Assembly: GCA_038496445.1 (NCBI GenBank)
Contig: JALMLS010000149.1
Location: 124,001 to 188,000, forward strand
Direction of reading: 5' to 3'
Origin: Trichosphaerium sp. ATCC 40318
Taxonomy: Eukaryota; Protista; Tubulinea
Length of the DNA stretch: 64,000 nt
A program made the position numbers and the translations under genes. Shown piece by piece: positions 1-11,555 of the stretch; the first letter of the stretch is position 1; each line of letters opens with the position of its first letter. A model generated the notes under the pieces. The model saw only the letters and a list, made by a program, of their open reading frames with translations, made no database searches and was not told the origin of the DNA.

Positions 1-949
1 CAAAACCATCGTGGTGATAAGCTTGATGTTTGTAGTATTACACATCCAGGTACCATACAATTCAGCTGTTGAACAACTCTTCTCGAGCAGAAGTTCAGTC
101 GAAAACAACCACAACATCTTAATGGCTCGTCGTGGTGTTCACCACGTGCTGAGGCATTTTTTTTGATTTTTTTTTTTGTTGTAATCACGTGTTGCTTTTT
201 ACTTACCTACTAAAAAAGGTAAGTCACACTTGATGTATAATGTAGAATATTTTATATCTGAACTTAAAAGAGCAATACCTACATACCTTCCATTGTATTT
301 GATATTCTATGCTCTTTCAAAACACAAGAACAAAAGTATTATTCAACTCATGTTAAATGTACTACGTTCAAGTATATTCTTAACAACAATATGTGGATTG
401 GGATGGGCATCTGGATGTGTTTATTACCCCTTAACTGGAAGAAACTTCACTCGTACAAACTTATTCAGCCACTCGTGCGTTTTTCTTTTGCTTATCTTGA
501 TGTTTTGTTGACCAATCCTGTTTTAGGTGGGTAGCTGGTTTGGCAACCCTAATAGAGAGGCCAAATAGAAGAAAAGAACTTGCCGCTTATGGTATCACAT
601 ACGCTATTGACTCAGTGTATACATACTTGAGAAAGAGAGGTACAGAAACACTCCACCTTGTGTTGCGTTAATTAACTCTTATGAAACAGGGTACCTGGGT
701 CATCCACCAGCTTGGGTTAGTGGTGCACTTATGGTAATATCTTTAGCAATGATGATGTATCGATTTGATCTACAACCAGGTTAGTACACGAGATTATTGT
801 TTGCAAAAGTTTGGGCTTTTTTAACGTATTGTTCTACAGGATTCATTACAAAGTGGTTGCTCAATATTGACAAGGATAAAGTTCTTGGCATAAAAAAAGA
901 CGACGAGGATGACGTGTCAAGTCCAAGACAGCTAAGGCATACGACATGA
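1..949 (+). CDS. TMEM135/PMP52-like membrane protein, 5'-truncated, multi-exon
   Basis: Spliced exons give CSITHPG, LPLYLI..RSSIFLT and LIERPNRRKELAAYGITYAIDS, resembling the TMEM135 C-terminal half; stop TGA 947-949. Confidence 0.7.
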
Positions 950-1212
950 TCATGTCCCTTGTTAAAATAAGTAATTCTAGTAAACCCTTTGTTTATATCC
1001 AATAATTTTCTAGCTACTTTGTGTTGTTTTAGACAAGTTACTCTACTCTATTTCCATAAAGTAGAAAATAGAGTATTAAGCTGAAGTAGGGTTACACTAT
1101 CACTAGGATCGCTCTTAAAAAAGTTGACCTACGATGGTATATATTGATGGAGAGATAAATATAGTGACAACATTTGCAGTAACTTTTTCTCTATTTTATA
1201 ATTTGTTTTTTA

Positions 1213-2774
1213 TTATGTTGAAGGTACAATAGCTTGAGGACAGTTAAAGTAAAAATCAGGATCATAATCAGCTTTGATACTCTGTAACCTAGGATAATTC
1301 TCGCCGTAATAATGTTTAACTGCGTCATCTAAGTACAGTATAGGTACATTTTGATAAACCTCAAAACTTCCATCTTCAGAGAACATTGGAATAATCACTT
1401 CCTCATACACATGTTTTGACCATTCTTCAACATCAGAGATCTCCTTCTGATAAGAAAAAAAGATTGTACCAAGTTCAAGAGACATAAGAGATGACCTATG
1501 GACATACGCTGTATCAGTCCTGCTACGAGACATACTCACACCGCCAGATAAATAAAAATGAAAACCAAAATGAACACTTTCGCTCAAGTTTGGTGCACTT
1601 TGTACTGAGTAACTTTTCTAAATCGGAAATAGTTGGATATCTCTTGATCTCAATCTCATTCCATCCAGCGTAGTATATGTGTTTTCCTACTTCATTCTCA
1701 TACCCCATTCTATAAGCCTCATATGGACTTATTGTGTACTCCTTGTAGTCAGATACAGCAATATTTTTTAAGTTGTTTTGCGCAAACAATCTTCCGCTTG
1801 CTGACTTGCCAAACCACCAGCCGTCTAGAGATGCTGACCCATTAAGGTTTAGTGAAAACGATCCACTAAACTCTTTTGGTGTATCTACAGCATACATTCT
1901 TTGAAAGGCGGTTATAACATCTTCTCTAGCAATAATGCATTCGAAGCTTCAACTAAATAAGTACACCATTTTTTATTCAAGTTCGTACCGCAGAACTGAT
2001 GGCACCGGTTTCTTTGGTTGTAAGTGATAGGCTGTGACTATACCAAAGTTTCCTGTAGGACCTCCACCACCCAATAGAGCCCAAAACAAGCTTGGATGAT
2101 TTGCAGCGCTAACACGTGATAAGAACGTGCCGTTTGGTAGCACAATATCATGACCGACAACCGAGTCTAAACCAACACCATAAGATCTCTGAGAAGGGCT
2201 CTGACCACCTCCTTGAAGAAATCCACCAAGCCTTACTCCAGCAGCTGAGCCCCACGTCATGAACAGGTTGTGTTCTTCGCAGAAATCCACTAATTGTGAC
2301 ATGTTTGTGCCTTTAATGACCGTATTAGTAATATACGTCCTAGTGAAAGTTTTTCAAACCTGGGCCAGCGGTAGCTGTCGATGTATTGTAATTATAAGTG
2401 ATTGAGTTCAATCGTGATACATCAATAACGACACGATTGTCAAGAACTGATAGCTGAGGATAACTATGGCCAGAAGAACGCACAACGATACAAACAGAAG
2501 CTTTCCTGCTAGTAAGGACTGACCATCGAACATCTTGTACCGATGTAGCGTATACAACACCAAAAGGATTACGCTTGTCCTCTAGATTCCACGATAAAGT
2601 TGAGTTAACGAACGGAATATCACCACGCTTGACAATACTAGCGCGTTCATTCAAACCAGCTCTTAGAGACGTCCAGAAGTCATTCTGAGGGTACATTACT
2701 GTACAATCAAAAGCGAATGCTACTGATAACATTAACAAGCACAACAGGACATTGTATCCATCAGAACGACGCAT
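1213..2774 (-). CDS. Secreted FAD-linked oxidoreductase (berberine bridge enzyme-like); frame break near 1600
   Basis: Signal peptide; RSSGHSY (covalent FAD His); SLFWALLGGGG..NFGIVT; C-terminal YYGENYPRLQSIKADYDP BBE motif. Confidence 0.88.
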
Positions 2775-2905
2775 TCCCACAAAGAGATTGCTTGTTTTAT
2801 CAATAAAAAAGCTTGGCTTATCTAAAATTAATATTTAAATAAGGCCAAAATGTCCACGTGATAAAAAAACTAACAAAGGTTTTTTTTTGTGAGCGGTTTT
2901 TTCTT

Positions 2906-4684
2906 TTACCACCACTGTTTTAAATAATTTACAGCATCTGTGACCTTTTCACCTAATGTCTTTTCTTTTGTATCCTTGTTGTTATTGTCATCTTGGCTTA
3001 AAATGTGTTTCTTAACTTCTGTATCTTCTTGAACAACTTCATTATTCGAATTTTGTTGTTCAACTCCTTCTTTAACATCATCTTCACCTATTACTTCTAC
3101 TGACTCATCTTTTTCTTTTGTTTCTACTTGATCATTACCAACTACTTCATCCTTTACTTCTTCTATACCAGTAACAATATTATTAGTTTCTGGTTTCTTT
3201 GGTTTTTTTGGAACTCGTTTAATCATCTGTGAACAAAGCTTTGTGTTAGCTAACATGAATAATAACAACAGAGTCATACATGATGCTCATCAAATGATGG
3301 AGGAGCTTCCATTCCAGTGACTATAAGAAGTACTTCAATAGCTCCTTCTAAGCCTTCACGTGGTTCAGAAACACCCCAAAGAATATCACAATCTGGTCCA
3401 ACACGCTCATATATCGCCTCACTGATACTATTAACTACCTTCATTTTAACATCTGATCCTCCTGTAATACTAATTAATGCAGATTTTGCTCCCTAAATAC
3501 CAGTATTAGAAATAGTTGTTAGAAACAGCCAAAAAAAAATACCTCAATTGAAACATCAGATAAAAGAGGATGATTAATTGCTGCTTCTGTAACTTCAACT
3601 GCTGCGTTTTCTCCCTTTGCATTTGCCCAAGCCATAAGCGCAAATCCTTGATCTTTAATAGCATTTTCAACATCAGCATAATCAAGATTGATAAGGCCTA
3701 ATAACTGTCAACAAAGCGCAATAAAAAAAAAGTTGTGAAAAAAAAAACCAAGAAGCAACACTTTTTATCACGTGTTCTCTTTGTAGCTCAAGTACACTTA
3801 CCAGGATATATTAATAAATCACGAATACCCTTAACTCCATTATACAATACACGATCAACCATCTTGTATGACTCATTTGCTGTAATATTTGGAGACATTT
3901 GAAGTAATTTCTGATTAGATACAACAACAGTAATATCAGTATTACTATCCATCTCTCTTATTCCAGAAAGCGCAGTTGCAAATCGTTTAGGTCCTTCGTG
4001 CTTGAATGGAAGTGTAATGAACCCCACCGTTAAAATACCCATATCTTTCGCCTTTTGAGCGATGATAGGCGCTGCTCCAGTGCCTGAAGGTAAATAAGAA
4101 GTTGGGGTTTTTTGCGTCTTCAAAACTCTCACTGCGTACCTGTGCCTCCACCCATACCAGCAGCAATGAATAACATATCTGTACCTTCTAGCTCTTTTTC
4201 TACGTCTGCTAGACTATCTTCAGCAGCAAGAGCGCCCTTTTAGTGATGTCAGGACGAGAACATTAGAAGAGAATAAGAAAGTCACCTTTTCAACATCAGC
4301 TCCTGTGCCAGCGCCACGAAAACTGTTTTGACTGACTGTCAAGTGGACTTTATGTGGCGCCAACGATTTATGAAGTGCTTGAGTGTCTGTGTTTACTGCA
4401 ATGAACTTGACATCTGGTACTTCGTTGGAAATCATTGTATCTACGGCGTTACTACCACCACCTGATAACGGTAAGCGAAAAAACAATAATAACTGCCAAA
4501 ATACAGCCTATCCGCTTTCTCTATGCGTACCACCAACTCCTATCACTGTCATGGAGATTTTGCCAACAGTTGAGTATTGTCGAGGCGTATTAATGCGCAC
4601 AACCGCACGCACACGCTTTGTAGAACATGTTGAAGTGCGCCAATTGTTATTTGTGAGCACACGTCGCGTTCCTGCTAGAAACAT
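2906..4684 (-). CDS. ftsZ: Mitochondrial FtsZ with presequence and acidic C-terminal tail
   Basis: [49 protein letters not shown]; Arg-rich N-terminus [14 protein letters not shown]. Confidence 0.95.
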
Positions 4685-4812
4685 TGTGACTTCACTTGTA
4701 CGAACCTCGGTAGTAGGTAGAGAACTAAAGAACGCTTTAAAGCGACGCCACAGTCAAAGCGCTTCTATCAACTGCAAAAAACTTTTGTTCATGTTCTTGC
4801 GCTGTTGAGCGT

Positions 4813-5735
4813 ATGTCAGACCAAAGGCTTGATTTTCATAGCAAAGAATTTGATGCTACATTCGCTCTAGAACAAGGGTTGACAGATGGTACTGAATTAA
4901 ATGCTTATATCACCTTTAACATACGCTTCTAGTGGACGGGTCAGCTGCTGACACAATAGAATTGCTTGTTAGTACTTTTGCTACATACATTCCAGAATAC
5001 CAGGGTAAACGTCACGCACAAGCTATAGAGAAGCTACGAAGCAACAGCAGAAAGCTTGATCCGAAAGCTAAGGAGAATCTGGCTAAAAAATACAAACAGC
5101 GCCTAAACAAACGAGAAGACATAAAGAGAAAAGCTGAGGACTGGATTGAACGCGCATTAAGTACATAACATGTTACAACAATTTTATTTTGACACTTCAA
5201 AGCAACGACTCAAAAACGACGTGGACCTGTCTATAAGTAACAACAATACACTAATAAAATCATTGCTGACACTACCACGTTAGGTTAGCAGACTTGGCAC
5301 TAAATAAATCCAAAATACGAGTAGAAGTAAGAACAAAAAGGAACCAAGCAAAAGACTCACAAAGAAAATTTTACTCTGGTGTATGCATCACGGCAGACTA
5401 CCACTGGAATATTGTGCGCCAAATCCCAATAAGCTAGTTTACTAACCAACACGTTCTAGATACTCCACAGGGCTGTAGAGGAGGTAGAAAACGAAAAGAT
5501 TTTTTGCATCTAACAAAAATTTTAGCACGTGAACGGCGCTGGAAAGGTAATCAAGCGAAGGAAAATTGGAGTTGTCATAATAAAAGGAAACACAGTAATG
5601 TCAGTAATTAACAAAGATAAACCAACCAAACCTAAAGCCACAACAAACGATAGTAACCAAAAGAAAGAACAAAAAATCAACGTAAAAAAAGAAGCTATTG
5701 CAAACACTTGTACAATAAAATCCGAAGTAAACTAA
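4813..5735 (+). CDS. LSM11: U7 snRNP Sm-like protein LSM11, 233 aa, six exons (4813-4888, 4933-5160, 5203-5236, 5284-5413, 5460-5483, 5526-5735)
   Basis: All five introns are GT-AG and keep frame; N-terminal RLDFHSKEFDATFAL; Sm1 GPVYKL..KIRVEVR..YSGVCITADYHWNIILHRAVEE; Sm2 RKIGVVIIKGNTVMSV. Confidence 0.75.
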
Positions 5736-5994
5736 AACATGTGGCTGTACATAGTAGTACAAAGTAACAAAGGGTAAAAGGGTGCTAAAGAACACCGTTG
5801 GTTTGATGGGTTGCCCACACCAGGGCAGAGCCATCGACTGGAAGGTCTAAACAGAGAACCGAAACCAGCCTATGTAAAAGCGCGAATTGACCTGCAGATT
5901 CGAACGAACGAGATCTGAACAAAGAGAATTGCTGTAGCGCTATGCCTGTGCAAAGGTAAATAGCTCCGTTGCTTTAACGTACCGAAAAAAGAAC

Positions 5995-7881
5995 TTAACG
6001 AATGGACTTGAGTGGGTTTTTGGCGCCCACGTTAGAAGAATGACCGCGACGCGATGAGAGCTTCTTCTTCCCAGTTCTGTTCTTTGGTTCCCAAATTTTC
6101 CAGAACTTAAGTGTCTCGTCCTCGCCAGCAGAGCAGACCATGGTACCTAGTACACCAAGTCAGCAATAGCCCAAGAAAAATCAAGAAAAAAACAGGAACT
6201 AAACAAAGTGTTGAAATCTGGTTTCTTGTGCTTACCGTCTGGGCTCATGCATGTATGAATGCAACGATTGCAGTTACCTTTAAGATCAGCAAGAGCAACC
6301 ATTGTTGGATATTTCCAAACTCGGAGAGAAGTTCCTTTTGAGAAAAAGCCGTGCGATGACACTAACTCGCGGTAGTTAGGAGACCACTGCAACGAACACA
6401 CTTGGGAGCCAGTGTTGATCGAGTTCACACAAGATCCGGATGCAGTATTCCAGAATCGAATGTGTTTATCAGTGGCACCACCGCCAGTAGCGAGCAAATT
6501 GTTTTGCCAAGGACACCTAAAGAGTACGTGAGTAAAAAATTGCAAGCCGAACAAGAAATCGAAAAAAAAACCTCTTAATGCTTGTGAAACGTACCAAGAA
6601 ATGGCTCGCACGGCACCTTGATGCTCTGTCAGTACGTATTTTGGTGTGACGTCTGACAAGCCGTTCCAGATACAGACACGATCGTCGTTTCCTTTAAAAG
6701 ACTGTGAGTTCAGACGTAATCAATAGGTAGTAGGGTACCTCCAGAAGCAAGGGTTGTGCCGTCATGAGACCAACGCAAAGAGCAAACTTCGCGTTCGTGG
6801 CCTTGTACTACACTGACTCTGGCGTTTTTAGCCGTAACGTCGTAATGTGTGATACTAGCGTCTTGAGAACCAGCGGACAAGATATGACCGTTCCAAGCAT
6901 GGCACCCGACACGTCCAATAGGACCGTCCAAAGCTAAGGAGAAATAAGAACAACAGAGAACAATAGGAAAAGGTAATAAAATGTGTCGAAAGAAAGCGTA
7001 CTTCTCAGTTGTTTCTGTGCTGCTGTATCCCAGATCTGTGTGGTACCATTTTGAAGGCCAATAGCTAGATGATCGGAACCATTAGCCCATTTAACAGAGC
7101 AGATGAAGTCTTTTGGGACATCACCGAGCTCGCTAAAGTTTGCCAACTCATGAATATCACAAGTTCTAGGGTTGTACAGATGAACCTACGTGAAAGGTAA
7201 GACGAAGAGAAACCGGAATCACAAAAGATAAACCAAAAAAAAAGAGGGAACGTACAGTGTGACCGAGAGCGATGGCTATGTATTCGTTATGGTGAGACCA
7301 GTCCAAGATGTTCAGGTAGTAGTTGTTGCTAATATCTGGAGCATCGAGAACATTTACAGGTCGCGAAGAAATGTGACGGCTTGGAGCTGTGTTTCTGGAC
7401 AAATGAGACTGTGTATAGAGGACTTTACTTCCAGTAACATAGCCAGAACGTGGAGCAGGTGCCTTGCGTTTCATAGCAAGAATTTTGGAACCTGGTTGAG
7501 CAGCTACAAAGGAGGTTAGACGAGAAGACAAGGAAGAGCGGCAAAAAGTTTTGAAAAAAAATAGCGGTTAGTTCTGAAACTGTTGTTTGTGGTTGTACAT
7601 ACAGCTCTCGTCGCCAAAACAAGCGTTTGACAAACCACCGAGGTACTGTTGTTGCGAAACGAGGTTAGGGGCGTTTTCACCGTCGTTTGTAAGACTGTAG
7701 GAGTTTGCGTCCATATTCATAGCAGATCTGAAAGGTATGAAGCGATCAGTGCCTACTTGTGTTGATACAGAGTATTTTGGGTTTGTGACGAGCTAATAAG
7801 TGTCAACTCTGGTAAAGTAGGCGGTAAGAGACGTACAGATGGGAAACCAGATAGAGATGGAGAATGTTGTGCAGAAAGCAT
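5995..7881 (-). CDS. CDC20: APC/C activator Cdc20/fizzy (WD40)
   Basis: C-box DRFIPFR; VLDAPDISNNYYLNILDWS; WD40 repeats (LLATGGGATDKHIRFWN); C-terminal IR tail (KSIR*). Confidence 0.95.
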
Positions 7882-7924
7882 TTATAGAATGAATATAGAG
7901 TAGTAAAGAGTGAAGCTGTGTGGC

Positions 7925-8017
7925 TTTGAATACTTATAATGTGATTTTATGTTTTATGAAGTTTATTTTTCGTAACGGCTAGTTAAAACCGTCACGCTAC
8001 TAACTATTTATACGGTT
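7925..8017. promoter_or_regulatory. Candidate G2/M elements (CHR-like TTTGAA, MSA/MYB-like TAACGGCTA) in the CDC20 divergent promoter
   Basis: TTTGAA 7925-7930; TAACGGCTA 7973-7981; further ACGGTT cores at 7987-7992 (minus) and 8012-8017. Confidence 0.35.
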
Positions 8018-8100
8018 GGCATGCGTAGATTTTAAAGAGGTTAAAACAAAGCAAGAATTTGGTGCAGAAAGTTAATATTTCGTAGGCAAAGTCAGCCGTC

Positions 8101-11100
8101 ATGAACTGGCAACGCGTTAAAGGTAAGACGTTGAAATTTCATGTCTCTTTGCACTAACTGTACGTTATAGACGCTATAGCGATTGATGTAGCTACACTTA
8201 ACAGTAGCGGAAGCACGGAAAAGCAGAAGACAGCTTCATTGACGCGTATAACTGAAAAGACATCGCGGAGTGGTACGCGTTTACCAATTAATATACTTCA
8301 ACTTCTTTTTTTATTATACGCGTGTTGACACCTTAGCTACCTATGGGCAGTGGGCCAGAGCTTGTAGAGAGGTGGCTGTAGACCTGGGTATTTTAAAACC
8401 GTGTGTTGCCCTACTTTCAAGTTCAAACAAACAACTAAGATGGGCTGCGGCACATACCGTACGAGTTCTAGCTTTTGACGCAGGTACAGCCGATTTAGTA
8501 ATAATGTTTTACAATACAATTAACATTGCTCCAGACGTCACTAAAATAGAGCTTGTAAAACTTGGAGTCGTAAAAAAACTGATTGAGTCACTTGAACTTG
8601 GTACGGAGTTAGTTTTTATATTACAACTCGTATCGAACATCTATTTGTGAATGCATTGATAAAATGAACTTTTATCAAAGAGTAAAGTAGTGTTGTTGCT
8701 CAATCTAACTTTTTTTTTTATTTCTAGCAAAAGAGAATAAACGCCAAGTATGTGCTAACGTATGTGCTATTATTTGCAATGTATCTACAGTAGGTATGAT
8801 ATCATGATGTCAACTCTTACGCCAGAAATCTCAAAAAAACTACAAATAACTTATCTTGCACTTTTTATAGAAGCAAACGCACGTATAATAGCTAAGGAAG
8901 GCGCTATCGCTGTATTGGTATCTCTTCTTAAAAATGCATCAGCGACAGATGATTTTACAAAAAAGTTAGTTACAGCTTTATGGAACCTGAGTGTCATTCG
9001 TACGAATAAGCAGCATGATGTGATTAAAACAAACTACTTTATAGCTGAAAATCGAGCAATGATGTTCAAGGATGGCGCTATTGATCTCTTACTAAAACTG
9101 CTTGTTTGTACTTCAGGAAATGTACAAGGTATTGCTGCTGGAGCATTATGTGTTATAGCTCAAGACGGTAAGTGGGTCCTATTTTCTGTCTTTGCGATCT
9201 TTTTTTGTTCACTAGAAGAATGGTAAAAAGTTTTTGATTTTTTTGCTTTGTTCGCTCACGTGTAATTAGAACCATATGCCGTTCATATAGAGAAGCATTT
9301 ACAAGATAACGCAGAGCAAGTCGGCGGAAATATACGACTCATGTGTACGCTAATCGAGAGATACCAACAAACTGAATTGACATTTTTTACAAAGATTTTA
9401 AAATGGGTATAAAAGTACAAGATGATAAGATTATTGTACCTCTTGTTCATGTTCTTAACAAAAACAGTCATAGACCTTATGTACGTTCATTATTTAATAT
9501 TATTTATTATGTTCTTGGGAGGAGGTTGACGCTTGTTTCTTAGTTACAATGGCTTAGTGCACGTGCTATTCATTTCTTGGGTGCTTGTGTTGGTACTGTA
9601 ACAAATCCCCGTTTGTTTTCTCACTCCCCTTAGCCTCTATTTCAATACTCGTTTGTCAGCGTGGTCTAGTATCTACGCTTATGGATATGATACATCATAA
9701 GATGGATATTCTAAAGAAACAAGCTAGTGAAGTGCTAATAGAAATAGCTAATCATAAAGGCATGATTTATTTTTTGAATTGTTGATTCAATTGATTTTGT
9801 CTTATATTTGATTAGATAAGCTATGGCACTTTGACTACTCCAGGACATCTTGTTTTTCTACTGATATGGAACGTATATTCGATATGGAGATGTTTAGTGA
9901 CTTTACAGTAAAAACAGCTGGAGGAGACATTTTCCTTCATAAGATCATTTTACAATGTCGTTGCCCTGACTATAAAAAGGTGAGTGCTCAATGTTTTTTT
10001 TTTCTCAAATTTAAGTTTGCCAGTACGCTTGTGTACATACAAAACTGGAACTTAACTTCCGCTACGGACGTTTATATTTTTTTTACAATTGTTAGTTGGA
10101 CTTGACAAAAGATTGTTTGGACTTATCTTCACATGATGTGACACATGTCCGTGCTTTTCTTGAATGGCTATATACAGGTCTATTCGACCATATTACACCA
10201 ACAGGATATACACCGGATCAAGTACGGACAAACAAAGAAAAGAACACAACCAATAATTCTTTTGGCACTTTTTTTAACAACTTTTTGATGCTTACCTGTT
10301 GTAGAAAGCATTAGAAGGCATGTCAAGGATAGTAAAATCATTGAAATTAGATTTAACAGCAAAAAAATTATCAAAACAAGTAGCGTCTTTAGCTAAGCCT
10401 TCTTCTGTACGTCAACGCTTTACTCTATTTTACTTTTTTATTACATACTCGTCAATTAATTGGTTTGTATAGGGTGCAAAGAAAATTACTTTGGAGTCAG
10501 TTATGGGCGTGAGTACTGTGCTTAATGATGGAAACAAGTGTTTTTGACAAGGTTTTTTTTGTAGGAGAGAAAGTCTTGGGAGTTGGATATGTTGGATACA
10601 GCAGTTGGTGGTGAACACAGTGATGTTTCTTTTGATGTTGCTGGAAAGATTGTACATACACATAAAATAGTTCTCTACGCTAGGTAATTTACACTCACAG
10701 CTAACTTGTTTTGTTATGTTTGTTTACGTTCTAAGCATCATCTTTAGATGTTCGTATTTTCGATCAATGTTTCAGTCAGGCATGATGGAAAGGTACTATT
10801 TGACAAACTGTTTTTTGCTGCTCAGCTTTTGCACTGGCAACTGTTTCTTTCTTGTTTTTGTCAATCTTATTAATAATCTTAGTCGCAAGAAGACTATTAA
10901 TATACCAGAAGATGACCCAGATGCATTCCAAAGCTTAGTACATTATATTTACACCGATAAGTTTGAGGTAGGATAACGAGTTGTTTTGGTCTTTATGTAG
11001 GAAGTTGCTTGCTTATTTTTTTACAGCCTGACATGTCTGATGAAGTTCAAGACTTGGCAATGCTCCTGTTTACAGCTAATGCATATGACTTGCCTCGGTT

Positions 11101-11385
11101 AGTTGATATGTGTGAAGTTAGTTTAAAGGATGCTATTAATATTGATAATGTTGGATTGTTCCTTACTCTTGCAGATCAACATCAAGTACGCCTTTCGGCT
11201 TCTTTTTTTTTCTTATTTTGTTTTTCAAGGCAAAACAATTGTTTCATTACTGTGTTGGTATTGCAGCTATGAAATGGGATGTTGTGAAAGCATCAAAAGA
11301 TTGGAAACGTCAAGTACCAGAAGATGTAAGAGATACTGTGTACAAGATGCACAAGTTCCTTAAAAAGTATGCTCACTTCAGTTGA
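8101..11385 (+). CDS. Armadillo-repeat plus tandem BTB/POZ domain protein
   Basis: ARM repeats (GAIAVLVSLLKN..ALWNLS, GAIDLLLKLL..AAGAL); two BTB domains (FSDFTV..HKIILQCRC; HKIVLYARCSYFRSMFQSGMME..FQSLVHYIYTD). Confidence 0.85.
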
Positions 11386-11555
11386 TGAAAAATGAAAAAA
11401 AAAGAAACGAAAAAAAAAAAAAAGTGTACGCTGTGTGCGGAGGAAAAAATTCTTGTCACGACGGTCAAGTAATAACTAAAAATGTAAAATACATAACACA
11501 TATTCGTCTTTAATCTATGACATATTTTTTCGTTGGTAATGATCAAAAATGTTCG

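Noticed and set aside
2906-4684. FtsZ (and likewise Fe-SOD) as bacterial contamination
   Set aside because: Both carry multiple spliceosomal introns of the local style and sit among eukaryotic genes
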